Positions 48,688-58,149 of a stretch of DNA of 62,745 bases are shown in pieces. Both the position numbers and the translations under genes were made by a program. The DNA comes from Bacteroidales bacterium (GTDB lineage Bacteria; Bacteroidota; Bacteroidia; Bacteroidales; JAUNSR01), in assembly GCA_036655755.1 (NCBI GenBank), contig JAVVPN010000005.1, positions 1-62,745 of the forward strand, in the 5' to 3' direction. The notes under the pieces are model-generated. The model saw nothing but the letters and a program-made list of their open reading frames with translations. It searched no databases and had not been told where the DNA came from. The first letter of the stretch is position 1. Every line of letters begins with the position of its first letter.

Positions 48688-51627
48688 ATGAAGAAACAGA
48701 TATGTTTGGTTTTAATGTGTAGCATAACCGGTCTTTTGTGGGGCTCTGAACTTGTAATACGAGGCAGAGTTACCGAAAAAGACCGGATTACGGCTATTGA
48801 AACAGCTGTAGTTGCGATTGGCGATCTGCAACTTTGGGCCGTTACCAACGAACGGGGCGAATTTGTTATAAAAAATGTACCGGCGGGAACCCATAAATGT
48901 GTGGTTTCATGCTTAGGGTACGTCAAAAAAGAGCATCCCATATCAATTTCTTGCTGCGACACTACCATCCAAATCATACTCGAACAAGATAATCTTGCCC
49001 TCAACGAAGTGGTGATTACGGCAAAAGAGAACAAACACGTTACCGCCACTGCTTATGTAATTGACAAAACCGCGCTCGAACATCAGCAACTCACCAATGT
49101 AAACGCGCTATCCTCTCTTCTGCCGGGAGGAAAAACCCAAACTAACAACCTCGCCACATCCGACAAACGATTCGAAATTCGTGCCGCGACCGGAGAACTG
49201 GGCAACCCCTCTTTTATGACGGCGGTCGAAGTGGACGGCATCCGTCTTTCCAACAATGCGTCGTTTTCAGAAACGGCCGGAGCGGATACACGCAATATTC
49301 CGGGCTCGAATATCGAATCGGTCGAAGTGATTACCGGTATTCCGTCGGCAGAGTATGGCGATGTTTCGGGCGGGGTGGTGAAAATCAAAACTCAAAAAGG
49401 GAAAGCACCGTTTAAAGCGATTTTGTCGGCATCCCCGCGCAACCACATGCTTGCCGTAAGTCAGGGAATCGACTTAAAGGCACAACGGGGTACGCTAAAC
49501 CTGAGTCTCGAACGGAGTGGCTCATTCGCCGAGCTCGCGTCGCCCCATACCAACTATACGCGAAATGCATTCAACGCCATCTATTCGAACACTTTTGGGA
49601 AAGGGGGTACTACCCCGCTCTCCTTTTCGGCGATCTTCGCAGGAAACATCGGAGGGTACGATTCGGAAGCTGATCCGGACGCATTTGCCGAAACGTATAC
49701 CAAGCAAAAAGATCATACCCTGCGCGGCGCGCTCGAAATGAACTGGCTGATCAATAAGCCGTTCATTACCGGCATGGAGTTAAAGACATCGTTGCGCTAT
49801 GCAAATAAGCAACAAAAAATAAATACCAATAAATCGAGTTCAACCTCCACCGCTGTTTTTCACGGCACAGAGGAGGGCTATTTCGTAGCCACCGATTATG
49901 ATACAGACCCGGATGCCGCCGTATCGCTCATTCCGGCCGGCTACTGGTATCAGCTTCAATATACAGACGACCGGCCGCTCGACTATAACGCATCGCTCAA
50001 ACTGTATCACAATGTAAATGTAGGCCGGATAAGCAACAAACTGAAAATGGGTGTTGAGTTTTCGATGCTGGGTAATCTGGGCGACGGCGTTTATTACGAC
50101 CAGCCTCAATATACCCCGACATGGCGCCCGTATGCGTATTCCGATGTGCCGTTTATGAAAAACGCGGCGCTTTATGCCGAAGACGAGATGCGTTTTCCGA
50201 TAGGCACTACCCGGATGCAGTTGTCGGCAGGCATACGTTATGACCGTACGCAGATCGATGGCAGTGAATATGGAGCGGTAAGTGCGTTTTCGCCACGCCT
50301 CAGCATGATCTATACATTGATCGACCGGCCGCAGGCACGTTTTCTACGCAACCTCCGGCTGCGTGGCGGGTTTGGCGATGCGGTCAAACTACCCTCTTTC
50401 GCCATCTTATATTCCGAGCCGAATTATAAACAACAACTCACGTTTGCACCGGGTGCGCTGTCCGACGGTACTGCTTATTACGCATACTATATTCAGCCCA
50501 CCCGCCAACTCTTCAACCCGAATCTCAAGTGGCAGTCCACCCGCCAGAGCGAAATCGGAGTCGATCTGCAGTTAGGCCAGGTAAAACTTGCCCTGAACGC
50601 CTACCGCAACAAAAGTTCGAACGGTTATATGACAGCGTCCTATTACACCCCGTTCGCGTATAAGTTTACCGATCAACGGGCCATTGAAGGAAGCTCCGTT
50701 CCGGTGAACGACCGGGTATTTTCAGTAAACCGGCAAACCGGTGTGGTTACATTATCCGACCGTACAGGTCAGCATGCTGCCGTCGAACTGCCTTATGCAG
50801 AGCGAACCACCTTTAAAAGTGAAAGCTACGCTACCAACAACACCCCGGTATTGCGTCAGGGGATAGAGTGGATTGCCGATTTCGGTAAGATTCCGGCCCT
50901 GTTTACCAATTTCCGGTTAGACGGAAGCTATTATCACTATAAAGGAGTAAACGAAACGGTGATAGCGGGTTTGCCCACCTCGAGCCAGACCATGGCAAAC
51001 GGACTGCCTTATAAATATGTAGGATATTACGCCGGATCGACCACCGCTTCGAATGGCTCTGAAACCAGACGACTCAACACCAACCTGACGTTGACCACGC
51101 ATATTCCGCGCCTACGCTTACTGTTTTCGTTGCGGATTGAATCGACTCTTTATCAGGCTTCGCGCTATCTGTCGGAATACAACGGAAAAAGCCTCGGCGT
51201 GGTGCTCAACGACCGGACCGAATATACGGGCACCTCTACGGATATCTACGGCGGCGATCGCTATGTGGCGGTATATCCGCTTTATTATACGAGTGCCGAC
51301 GATATGAATGTAAAGATTCCGTTTGAAGAAAAGTTCTTATGGGCTAAAGAGCACGACAAAGCCCTTTACAACGAATTGTCGAAACTGGTGGCCAAAACCA
51401 ATACGGCTTATTTTTTCAATGAGAACCGCATATCGCCCTATTTCTCGGCCAATCTGAGCATTACGAAAGAGATCGGGAAACGCTTTTCTCTCTCATTCTA
51501 CGCCAATAACTTTCTGAACAGCCTCAGCAAAGTAACCAGCAGTTGGAATGACAGCGAAACCACCCTTTACAACAGCGGACGCATCCCCTCATTCGATTAT
51601 GGGATGACGCTGCGGGTAAAACTTTAA
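48688..51627 (+). CDS. TonB-dependent receptor (non-SusC) with carboxypeptidase-regulatory-like N-terminal domain
   Basis: LNEVVITA TonB box; plug NIESVEVITGIPSAEYGDVSGGVVKIKT; FNPNLKW; C-terminal YGMTLRVKL. ATG at 48688. Confidence 0.92.
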   Translation: MKKQICLVLMCSITGLLWGSELVIRGRVTEKDRITAIETAVVAIGDLQLWAVTNERGEFVIKNVPAGTHKCVVSCLGYVKKEHPISISCCDTTIQIILEQDNLALNEVVITAKENKHVTATAYVIDKTALEHQQLTNVNALSSLLPGGKTQTNNLATSDKRFEIRAATGELGNPSFMTAVEVDGIRLSNNASFSETAGADTRNIPGSNIESVEVITGIPSAEYGDVSGGVVKIKTQKGKAPFKAILSASPRNHMLAVSQGIDLKAQRGTLNLSLERSGSFAELASPHTNYTRNAFNAIYSNTFGKGGTTPLSFSAIFAGNIGGYDSEADPDAFAETYTKQKDHTLRGALEMNWLINKPFITGMELKTSLRYANKQQKINTNKSSSTSTAVFHGTEEGYFVATDYDTDPDAAVSLIPAGYWYQLQYTDDRPLDYNASLKLYHNVNVGRISNKLKMGVEFSMLGNLGDGVYYDQPQYTPTWRPYAYSDVPFMKNAALYAEDEMRFPIGTTRMQLSAGIRYDRTQIDGSEYGAVSAFSPRLSMIYTLIDRPQARFLRNLRLRGGFGDAVKLPSFAILYSEPNYKQQLTFAPGALSDGTAYYAYYIQPTRQLFNPNLKWQSTRQSEIGVDLQLGQVKLALNAYRNKSSNGYMTASYYTPFAYKFTDQRAIEGSSVPVNDRVFSVNRQTGVVTLSDRTGQHAAVELPYAERTTFKSESYATNNTPVLRQGIEWIADFGKIPALFTNFRLDGSYYHYKGVNETVIAGLPTSSQTMANGLPYKYVGYYAGSTTASNGSETRRLNTNLTLTTHIPRLRLLFSLRIESTLYQASRYLSEYNGKSLGVVLNDRTEYTGTSTDIYGGDRYVAVYPLYYTSADDMNVKIPFEEKFLWAKEHDKALYNELSKLVAKTNTAYFFNENRISPYFSANLSITKEIGKRFSLSFYANNFLNSLSKVTSSWNDSETTLYNSGRIPSFDYGMTLRVKL

Positions 51628-51657
51628 TCAGAATTATAAACGCTAACAATAAACATT

Positions 51658-52980
51658 ATGAAGAAAATTTATGCTTTATTTCTCACCCTGTCATTGATCG
51701 CATCCGCTTGTACGAAGGATGAAGTGATACCCGAATACGAAACGGTAGAGATCGCAGTACAACTGCTTTATCCCGCCACATCCGGCTTCGAAGCGACAGA
51801 GGGAGTCGCAGTGAGCGCTCGTGCTACATCGGGTGTATCGTACAAATCTGCTACCGACGCGACCGGAAAGGCCACATTCAGCCTGCCGGTGGGTATTTAC
51901 GAAGTAACGGCTACCGACAAACGGTCGGCTAGCGGCAAAAGCGTGGTATTCAGCGGAGCAAAAAGCAATCAAGCGATTGCGGCAGCCAACAATACACCGA
52001 TTGAACTTACGATGATCGAAAGCGTGCGCAGCCAGATCGTTATCAAAGAGCTTTACAACGGAGGATGTCAGAAAGATGACGGCTCAGGCTCATATCATTT
52101 TGATAAATACGTGGTGCTTTACAACAATTCGGAAGAGGAGGCAGAATTGCAAAACCTTTGCCTGGCAATGGTTTTACCCTATAATTCTACGGTGGCAAAC
52201 GCTGATATTCAAAACGGGTCGCTGTTTTATGAAGCAGAAGGGTGGATTCCGGCCGGACTGGGTTATTTCTATTTCCCGAATCAAACGAAACTGAATCCGG
52301 GCGAACAGATTGTGGTGGCCTTCAATAATGCCAACGACAATACGCAAACCTACTCCAATTCGGTAGATTTGGGCAAACCGGAATATTATGTTACTTACGA
52401 ACCGGAAGTATTCAACAATACCAGCTATCACCCGGCACCATCGGCAAATATTCCGACTTCACATTACCTGCCCGGATTTAAATATGGCACCGGAAATGCC
52501 TGGGCATTCAGCAATACGTCGCCGGCATTCTTCCTGTTCGCTCCCGAAAACACCACTCCGTCAGATTTCGCGGCAGATGCAAGCAATATCTCACTATACA
52601 ACGGATCGGCGACACAGGTGCGCAAAAAAGTTCCGGTTGAATGGGTGATCGATGGTGTGGAAGTATTCAAACAAGGCGCATCAAACAATGTAAAACGTTT
52701 TACTCCGGCCGTAGATGCCGGTGCCGTGCAACTGAACGGAACTTTCGGCTACACCCTCTATCGTAACGTGGACAAAGACGCTACCGAAGCGCTTACCCAA
52801 AACACAGGCAAACTGGTATATAACTACTCATTGGGAACTACAAGCCAAAACGGTACTACCGATCCGTCGGGCATCGATGCGGAAGCATCCATTAAACTGG
52901 GTGCGCTCATCATCTATGCCGACACCAATAACTCGGGCAACGACTTCCACCAGAGAGGGCGGGCCTCTTTAAAGGACTAA
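51658..52980 (+). CDS. Surface lipoprotein, DUF4876-like
   Basis: Lipobox ASAC followed by acidic TKDE; VIKELYNGGC, KYVVLYNNS, VIDGVEV and C-terminal DTNNSGNDF. Confidence 0.75.
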   Translation: MKKIYALFLTLSLIASACTKDEVIPEYETVEIAVQLLYPATSGFEATEGVAVSARATSGVSYKSATDATGKATFSLPVGIYEVTATDKRSASGKSVVFSGAKSNQAIAAANNTPIELTMIESVRSQIVIKELYNGGCQKDDGSGSYHFDKYVVLYNNSEEEAELQNLCLAMVLPYNSTVANADIQNGSLFYEAEGWIPAGLGYFYFPNQTKLNPGEQIVVAFNNANDNTQTYSNSVDLGKPEYYVTYEPEVFNNTSYHPAPSANIPTSHYLPGFKYGTGNAWAFSNTSPAFFLFAPENTTPSDFAADASNISLYNGSATQVRKKVPVEWVIDGVEVFKQGASNNVKRFTPAVDAGAVQLNGTFGYTLYRNVDKDATEALTQNTGKLVYNYSLGTTSQNGTTDPSGIDAEASIKLGALIIYADTNNSGNDFHQRGRASLKD

Positions 52981-52983
52981 AGC

Positions 52984-54594
52984 ATGCATCAATCGCCTTT
53001 ATTAAAAAAAGGGACTCTTTCAGTAGCGTTCGCAATCATTTTTGCGAACGCTATCGCACAAGAAACCGTCCCCTTTTATTATGATTTTGACTATACGCCC
53101 GATTCTGTCGGATGGCAGCAAAGCGAAAACAAATCACAGCTTTTTCGCAGTCCGCTGCAACAAGCCGGCAGGGCGGGTATCTCTTATGGGTTTGCAAAAG
53201 GAACGCTGACCAATTTTAACGTGGCCGATAAGGAAACAGGAATCCGGGCCTATGGCGAATCTTATTTCAAACTGAGTCCACGTACCATGGTATACGGACT
53301 GGCCGCTTTCAGCTCTGACAAAGAGAGGGGAACAGCGGGTTCGGCTTTTCTAAGCGGACGCACGCACGCCTTCAACCTGGTTTTAATGGATCAGACCAAT
53401 AAGGGAGACCGGAAGACGGAAACCTATCAGATACAGGGTGCGGTAGGGCATCAATTGAATAATCGGCTGTCGGTCGGCGGTAAATTCGATTACCGGGGGA
53501 TAAACATGGCGCGTACCAAAGATCTGCGCCATACCAACCAAGGACTCGACTTGACCCTTTCGCCCTCCGTTTCGCTGCTATTATCCGATAAAATCCGTAC
53601 CGGAGTTCATTACAGCTACAACCGCTATATCGAAGGAATCAAATTCAACCTCTACGGCACTACCGACCGCCAATATTTCACATTGGTAGATTTCGGTGCC
53701 TTTTACGGGAAACAAGAACTTTTCGATACCAACGGTTATACCACCAAAGGGGAAAACACCCCCTATGTAGAGCAAATTCATAAGGCAGGGTGGCAACTGG
53801 AATACAAACCCACTCACCGCCTCTACCTGTTTAACGAGTTCGTATGGGGTAAAGGCGACGGATATTTCGGAAAACAGGCTTCGGCAGCCATCCAATACAC
53901 CCGGCATGAGGTAAATCAATGGAGCGACCGATTGGTAGCCTATTACCGCGGCAAACGGCTACTGCAACAGCTTGAATTACGGATTGGTTATCAACGCTAT
54001 CAAAACTACGAAAACTCGTGGCGTACCGAAACCTCCGGTTCGGGCAATAGCATCATTGAATATTACGGACAGAACAAGGTAGGTGAACGAGCGTACACGA
54101 ATCTGGCAGCCGACTATTCGATTGAATGGGGCAAACCGGAGGAAAACGGAAAATGGAGATTGTCGCTCGGAAGCGCCTTCGCGCAACGTGAGCTACAAGC
54201 CATTCTTTATCCTTATTACCGTACGCAAAACCTGCAGCTTTACCGTCATCGGCTCGGGGCGATTCATCAACGCGCTGTCGGGAAGATCCAATTGACACTT
54301 CACGGTGCGGTAGCTTTTGCATCGGGTAGCGGGACGCCTTATACGGATAAGGTATTCGTTACCCCCTCTACCGACGAAGGTACGCCGGCCAATGCCGATC
54401 ATTACCTGATGCAGGAATACAATTATCTGACTGCCCGCAAACTGCAACCGGAAGCGGGCTTTCGCATCATGATGCCGGTTAAGAAAATGAGTTATTACCT
54501 CAGCACGACCTATCATGCGGAAATTCCGACCGGAACCACATCCGTTGCAGGAAACCGCAATCACATACATTGCGCAATAGGCGTAAATTTTTAA
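52984..54594 (+). CDS. Outer-membrane beta-barrel protein, DUF6850-like
   Basis: Signal peptide, alternating amphipathic strands and C-terminal Phe (IGVNF); AVGGKFDY....ARTKDLRH.N. Confidence 0.7.
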   Translation: MHQSPLLKKGTLSVAFAIIFANAIAQETVPFYYDFDYTPDSVGWQQSENKSQLFRSPLQQAGRAGISYGFAKGTLTNFNVADKETGIRAYGESYFKLSPRTMVYGLAAFSSDKERGTAGSAFLSGRTHAFNLVLMDQTNKGDRKTETYQIQGAVGHQLNNRLSVGGKFDYRGINMARTKDLRHTNQGLDLTLSPSVSLLLSDKIRTGVHYSYNRYIEGIKFNLYGTTDRQYFTLVDFGAFYGKQELFDTNGYTTKGENTPYVEQIHKAGWQLEYKPTHRLYLFNEFVWGKGDGYFGKQASAAIQYTRHEVNQWSDRLVAYYRGKRLLQQLELRIGYQRYQNYENSWRTETSGSGNSIIEYYGQNKVGERAYTNLAADYSIEWGKPEENGKWRLSLGSAFAQRELQAILYPYYRTQNLQLYRHRLGAIHQRAVGKIQLTLHGAVAFASGSGTPYTDKVFVTPSTDEGTPANADHYLMQEYNYLTARKLQPEAGFRIMMPVKKMSYYLSTTYHAEIPTGTTSVAGNRNHIHCAIGVNF

Positions 54595-54616
54595 ACCAAT
54601 TAAAACAGACTTACAA

Positions 54617-55237
54617 ATGAAGGATTCATTATTAAAAAATAAATTGATCAACGCGACAGTTTCAGGCAGCATCGCCCTATTGCTTATTTTGGGAACAGCA
54701 TTCATCACATCGTGCCAGCCGAATAAAAAACCTGCAGCCGATACAGCCGCAATTATACCGGAGAATAATGCCCTCGAGGTTGATTCCGTACTGGCTCTGG
54801 CAGAGCAGTTGGTCGACAAACAAATCGAGCTCGAAGGAGTTTGCACGCATATCTGTAAACACGGCGGCCGCAAAATATTTTTGATGGGAAGCAACAACTC
54901 CCGCATTCTGCGCATCGAGGCCGCGAAAGGTGAGAAATTCGATCCGAACTGCGCGAACAGCATCGTTAAAGTGAAAGGTACGTTGAAAGAGGAGCGTATC
55001 GACGAAACCTATTTGCAAAGATGGGAAGCCTCTTTGGCCGATAAAACGGCAGAATCGCACGGAGAGAGCGCTGCCGGATGCAGCACCGAAAAAAGAGCCC
55101 GCGGCGAATCGGCCAATACACCCCAAAGACGCATCGAGCAATTTCGCCAGCGCATTGCCCAACAGAAAGAAAAAACCGGCAAAGAATATCTTTCATTCTA
55201 TCACATAGAAGCTGCCAGCTATACCATCCAAAAGTAA
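54617..55237 (+). CDS. Lipoprotein with OB-fold-like domain and Cys/His motif
   Basis: Lipobox ITSC; ELEGVCTHICKHGG; VKVKGTLKEERID. Confidence 0.7.
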   Translation: MKDSLLKNKLINATVSGSIALLLILGTAFITSCQPNKKPAADTAAIIPENNALEVDSVLALAEQLVDKQIELEGVCTHICKHGGRKIFLMGSNNSRILRIEAAKGEKFDPNCANSIVKVKGTLKEERIDETYLQRWEASLADKTAESHGESAAGCSTEKRARGESANTPQRRIEQFRQRIAQQKEKTGKEYLSFYHIEAASYTIQK

Positions 55238-55244
55238 TCTGTAA

Positions 55245-56129
55245 ATGGAAAATATCATCGAATGTAAAAACCTGACCCATTACTATGGGAACAGGAAAAT
55301 ATATGAAAACCTGAGCTTCTCGATTCCGAAAGGAAAAATCATGGGATTGCTCGGAAAAAACGGTACGGGTAAAACCACCTCGATCAATATTCTGAGTGGA
55401 TACCTGAAACCTCAGGCCGGCGAATGTTACATCTTCGGTGAGAATATCCAGGAGATGTCGCCCCTGCAGCGCCGTAAAATCGGCCTGCTCATTGAAGGGC
55501 ATGTGCAGTATGACTTTATGAATATTGAGCAGATAGAGCGTTTCTATTCGGCATTTTACCCGAACTGGAAAAGAGAAGCCTATTACGAACTGATGAGCCG
55601 TTTAAAAGTAGCGCCCAAACAGCGAATCTCAAGAATGTCATGCGGCCAGCGTTCGCAGGTAGCACTGGGGTTGATCCTGGCCCAGAATCCCGAATTATTA
55701 ATTCTGGACGATTTCTCGCTCGGGTTAGATCCGGGCTACCGCCGTTTGTTTGTCGATTATCTGAAAGAGTACGCATCGGCCGAAGACAAAACCATTTTCC
55801 TGACCTCGCATATCATTCAGGACATGGAGCGTCTGATCGACGATTGCATCATCATGGATTACGGCAAAATATTGATTCAGCAACCGATTAACGAGCTGTT
55901 GCAAACGTTCCGCCGAATAAGCTGCACCTTGCCCGAAGGATATCTTTTCGATAAAGAATCGTTCTTGATGAACCCTTCATTAATCGGCAACTCGTTCGAG
56001 GCGTTCACCTTCGAACCCGAACAGGTGGTGATCGATCATCTCCGCGAGTTACAGATTCCTTACAAAAATTTGCGCTATGAAGCGATGAATCTGGAAGATG
56101 CCTTTATCGGTTTAACAGGCAAATATTAA
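55245..56129 (+). CDS. ABC transporter ATP-binding protein (ABC-2/exporter type, degenerate motifs)
   Basis: Walker A GKNGTGKTT, signature MSCGQ, Walker B LILDD, H-loop TSH, C-terminal LEDAFIGL. Confidence 0.92.
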   Translation: MENIIECKNLTHYYGNRKIYENLSFSIPKGKIMGLLGKNGTGKTTSINILSGYLKPQAGECYIFGENIQEMSPLQRRKIGLLIEGHVQYDFMNIEQIERFYSAFYPNWKREAYYELMSRLKVAPKQRISRMSCGQRSQVALGLILAQNPELLILDDFSLGLDPGYRRLFVDYLKEYASAEDKTIFLTSHIIQDMERLIDDCIIMDYGKILIQQPINELLQTFRRISCTLPEGYLFDKESFLMNPSLIGNSFEAFTFEPEQVVIDHLRELQIPYKNLRYEAMNLEDAFIGLTGKY

Positions 56130-56151
56130 TCAATCCATTAAGTATCAGACA

Positions 56152-56823
56152 ATGATAAAAGCCATATTTTATAAAGAATGGATCAAGACAAGATGGGTAG
56201 TCGTTCTCAGCCTGTTACTCTTGTCGGGATTCACCACATTCATTTTATTAAACCTCAACCGCATGATCGACTATAAAGGGGCGGTTCATATCTGGGATGT
56301 GATGATACAGCGCGATGCGTTGTTTATCGAACTGATACGCTACATTCCTCTGCTGGCAGGCATCGCGCTTGCCGTATCCCAGTATGTGCCCGAAATGGTT
56401 CGAAAATGCCTCAAGCTAACGCTTCACCTCCCCTACGACGCCAACCGGATGATTTTTCTGATGCTCTCTTACGGGGTAAGCGTTTTGCTGCTGATCTTTT
56501 CGATCAACTACATCGCCCTTTACAGCGTGCTCAGCTCTTTGTTGGTAAAAGAATTGGTACGTCACATCCTGTTGAGCGGAGCCGTATGGTTTCTGGCCGG
56601 CATCTTCGGTTATTTATTAACGGCGTGGATTGTACTCGAACCCACCTGGAAGCGAAGAGTTGTCAATATGCTGATCAGCATCCTGCTATTAAAGGTACTT
56701 TTCTTTGAAGCGGCCGGCGAAGCGTACAACCGCTTTCTGCCCTTATTGGTACTTTATATTCTTTTAAGCGGATCGCTCGCGTTTCTTTCGGTTTACAGAT
56801 TTAAAGTGGGTAAGCAAGATTAA
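56152..56823 (+). CDS. About 6-TM membrane protein, ABC-2 permease-like
   Basis: IFYKEWIKTR N-terminal helix and multiple hydrophobic segments; follows the ATPase gene. Confidence 0.75.
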   Translation: MIKAIFYKEWIKTRWVVVLSLLLLSGFTTFILLNLNRMIDYKGAVHIWDVMIQRDALFIELIRYIPLLAGIALAVSQYVPEMVRKCLKLTLHLPYDANRMIFLMLSYGVSVLLLIFSINYIALYSVLSSLLVKELVRHILLSGAVWFLAGIFGYLLTAWIVLEPTWKRRVVNMLISILLLKVLFFEAAGEAYNRFLPLLVLYILLSGSLAFLSVYRFKVGKQD

Positions 56824-56861
56824 GCAACCGACATAGTGTAAAAAATAGAATATATATATAA

Positions 56862-57923
56862 ATGAAAAAATTCAGTACTCTCTTTTTAGGAGCCACCATT
56901 CTGTTTCTCCTGCTATGGCAAATACCATGGCTATACTCCTTTCTGGTACCTCAGAAAGAGAAAGCGCCATTTGTGTTATTCAGCCCGATATTAAACGACT
57001 TTACTTTTTCGAAAGGTGAAAGCAAAAAATATACCCATACCGATTCAAACGGAAATCAATTCTCTCAACAACAAATAGACAGCCTGCACCCGGTATTTTA
57101 TGCCCGTCAGTTGATGAGCGACAGCCGGTTTCCCGATTCGATAGGCAATGCGCCGGCCGATTACAAAAACATACAGCATGATGTTTTCTATTTTCGCCAC
57201 TCTCCGCGGGATATCAATCGCCCGGTTTTAGGTATCTGGCAGATGATGGAATCACTTTCGGGACGCGTTAAACTGGAAACACCCGAAGATGTATTCCGAA
57301 TCGACGAACAGGGAATCACTTTTATAGATATCGCCACCAATCAGATCGACGCGTCGAAAAGCGCCCGGTTCACGAAAGCGATGAAACAGCAGCAGTTTGT
57401 TTTTCCGGCCTCCTATGTGATAGGTAACCCGATTGTCAAAAAAGATTATGATGAAGGCTATCTGATGCTCGACAATGAGAAGAAGTTATTTCATGTAAAG
57501 CAAGTGAAAGGGCGGCCGTATGTAGAGAAAATAGATTTACCGGAGAATATCGTTCCGAAGCATCTGTTCATTACTGAATTTAAAAACCGTGGCATGCTCG
57601 GATTTCTGACCGATGAAAAGAACCATTTTTACGCAATCAGTGCCAAAACACATGCGTTGATTCGCATCGATATACCGCAGTTTGTGCCGGAAGAGAATGC
57701 GATAATGATTTATGGCATGGTGTATCAATGGACCATTAAGGTATCTTCGAAAGAAAAAGTATGTTATTATGCACTCGACGGAGAGACCTTATCGCTTATC
57801 AAGTCGTATGAAGTACCGGACGAACCCTCGCTAAGCAAGACGGTAGGGCAATACTTGTCGCGTATCGGTATCCGCTTTAGCAATCCGCTCGATAAGTTTA
57901 TCTATCCGCGATTGGGTGCGTAA
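56862..57923 (+). CDS. Membrane-anchored periplasmic protein, DUF4857-like
   Basis: N-terminal TM helix (LLLWQIPWLY); LHPVFYARQLMSDSRFPDSI; PRDIN; ESLSGRVKLETP.DVFRI. Confidence 0.7.
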   Translation: MKKFSTLFLGATILFLLLWQIPWLYSFLVPQKEKAPFVLFSPILNDFTFSKGESKKYTHTDSNGNQFSQQQIDSLHPVFYARQLMSDSRFPDSIGNAPADYKNIQHDVFYFRHSPRDINRPVLGIWQMMESLSGRVKLETPEDVFRIDEQGITFIDIATNQIDASKSARFTKAMKQQQFVFPASYVIGNPIVKKDYDEGYLMLDNEKKLFHVKQVKGRPYVEKIDLPENIVPKHLFITEFKNRGMLGFLTDEKNHFYAISAKTHALIRIDIPQFVPEENAIMIYGMVYQWTIKVSSKEKVCYYALDGETLSLIKSYEVPDEPSLSKTVGQYLSRIGIRFSNPLDKFIYPRLGA

Positions 57924-58078
57924 TCCGTGAAGAATAGATGCCCCCGCTTTAGATGATGGTTCGCGAGCAACCCGAAAGTTGCTCGCGAAGAACCCGAACG
58001 CCGCTCCCGAGCAACACAAAAGTTGTCGGCGGGCGGCGTTCGGGTTCTTCACGGGCGGCACTCCGGTTTTCCGCAGGC
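57923..58078. repeat. 22-bp-unit repeat element, copy B (leader, 3 direct and 2 inverted units)
   Basis: Direct units at 57959, 57981 and 58003; inverted units at 58035 and 58057. GAAGAACCCGAACGCCGC forms an 18-bp inverted repeat; perfect 12-bp hairpin at 57960-57989. Confidence 0.8.
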
Positions 58079-58088
58079 AATAAACAAA

Positions 58089-58116
58089 TACGCCGCAACC
58101 AATCAGTTGCGGCGTA
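58089..58116. terminator. Hairpin between convergent genes
   Basis: 11-bp stem TACGCCGCAAC/GTTGCGGCGTA. Confidence 0.6.
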
Positions 58117-58149
58117 GTAAGTAATGCGCTATAGAATAGCGATTTATTT

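Noticed and set aside
54842-54862. Haem c attachment site
   Set aside because: The spacing is CxHxCxH, not CxxCH.
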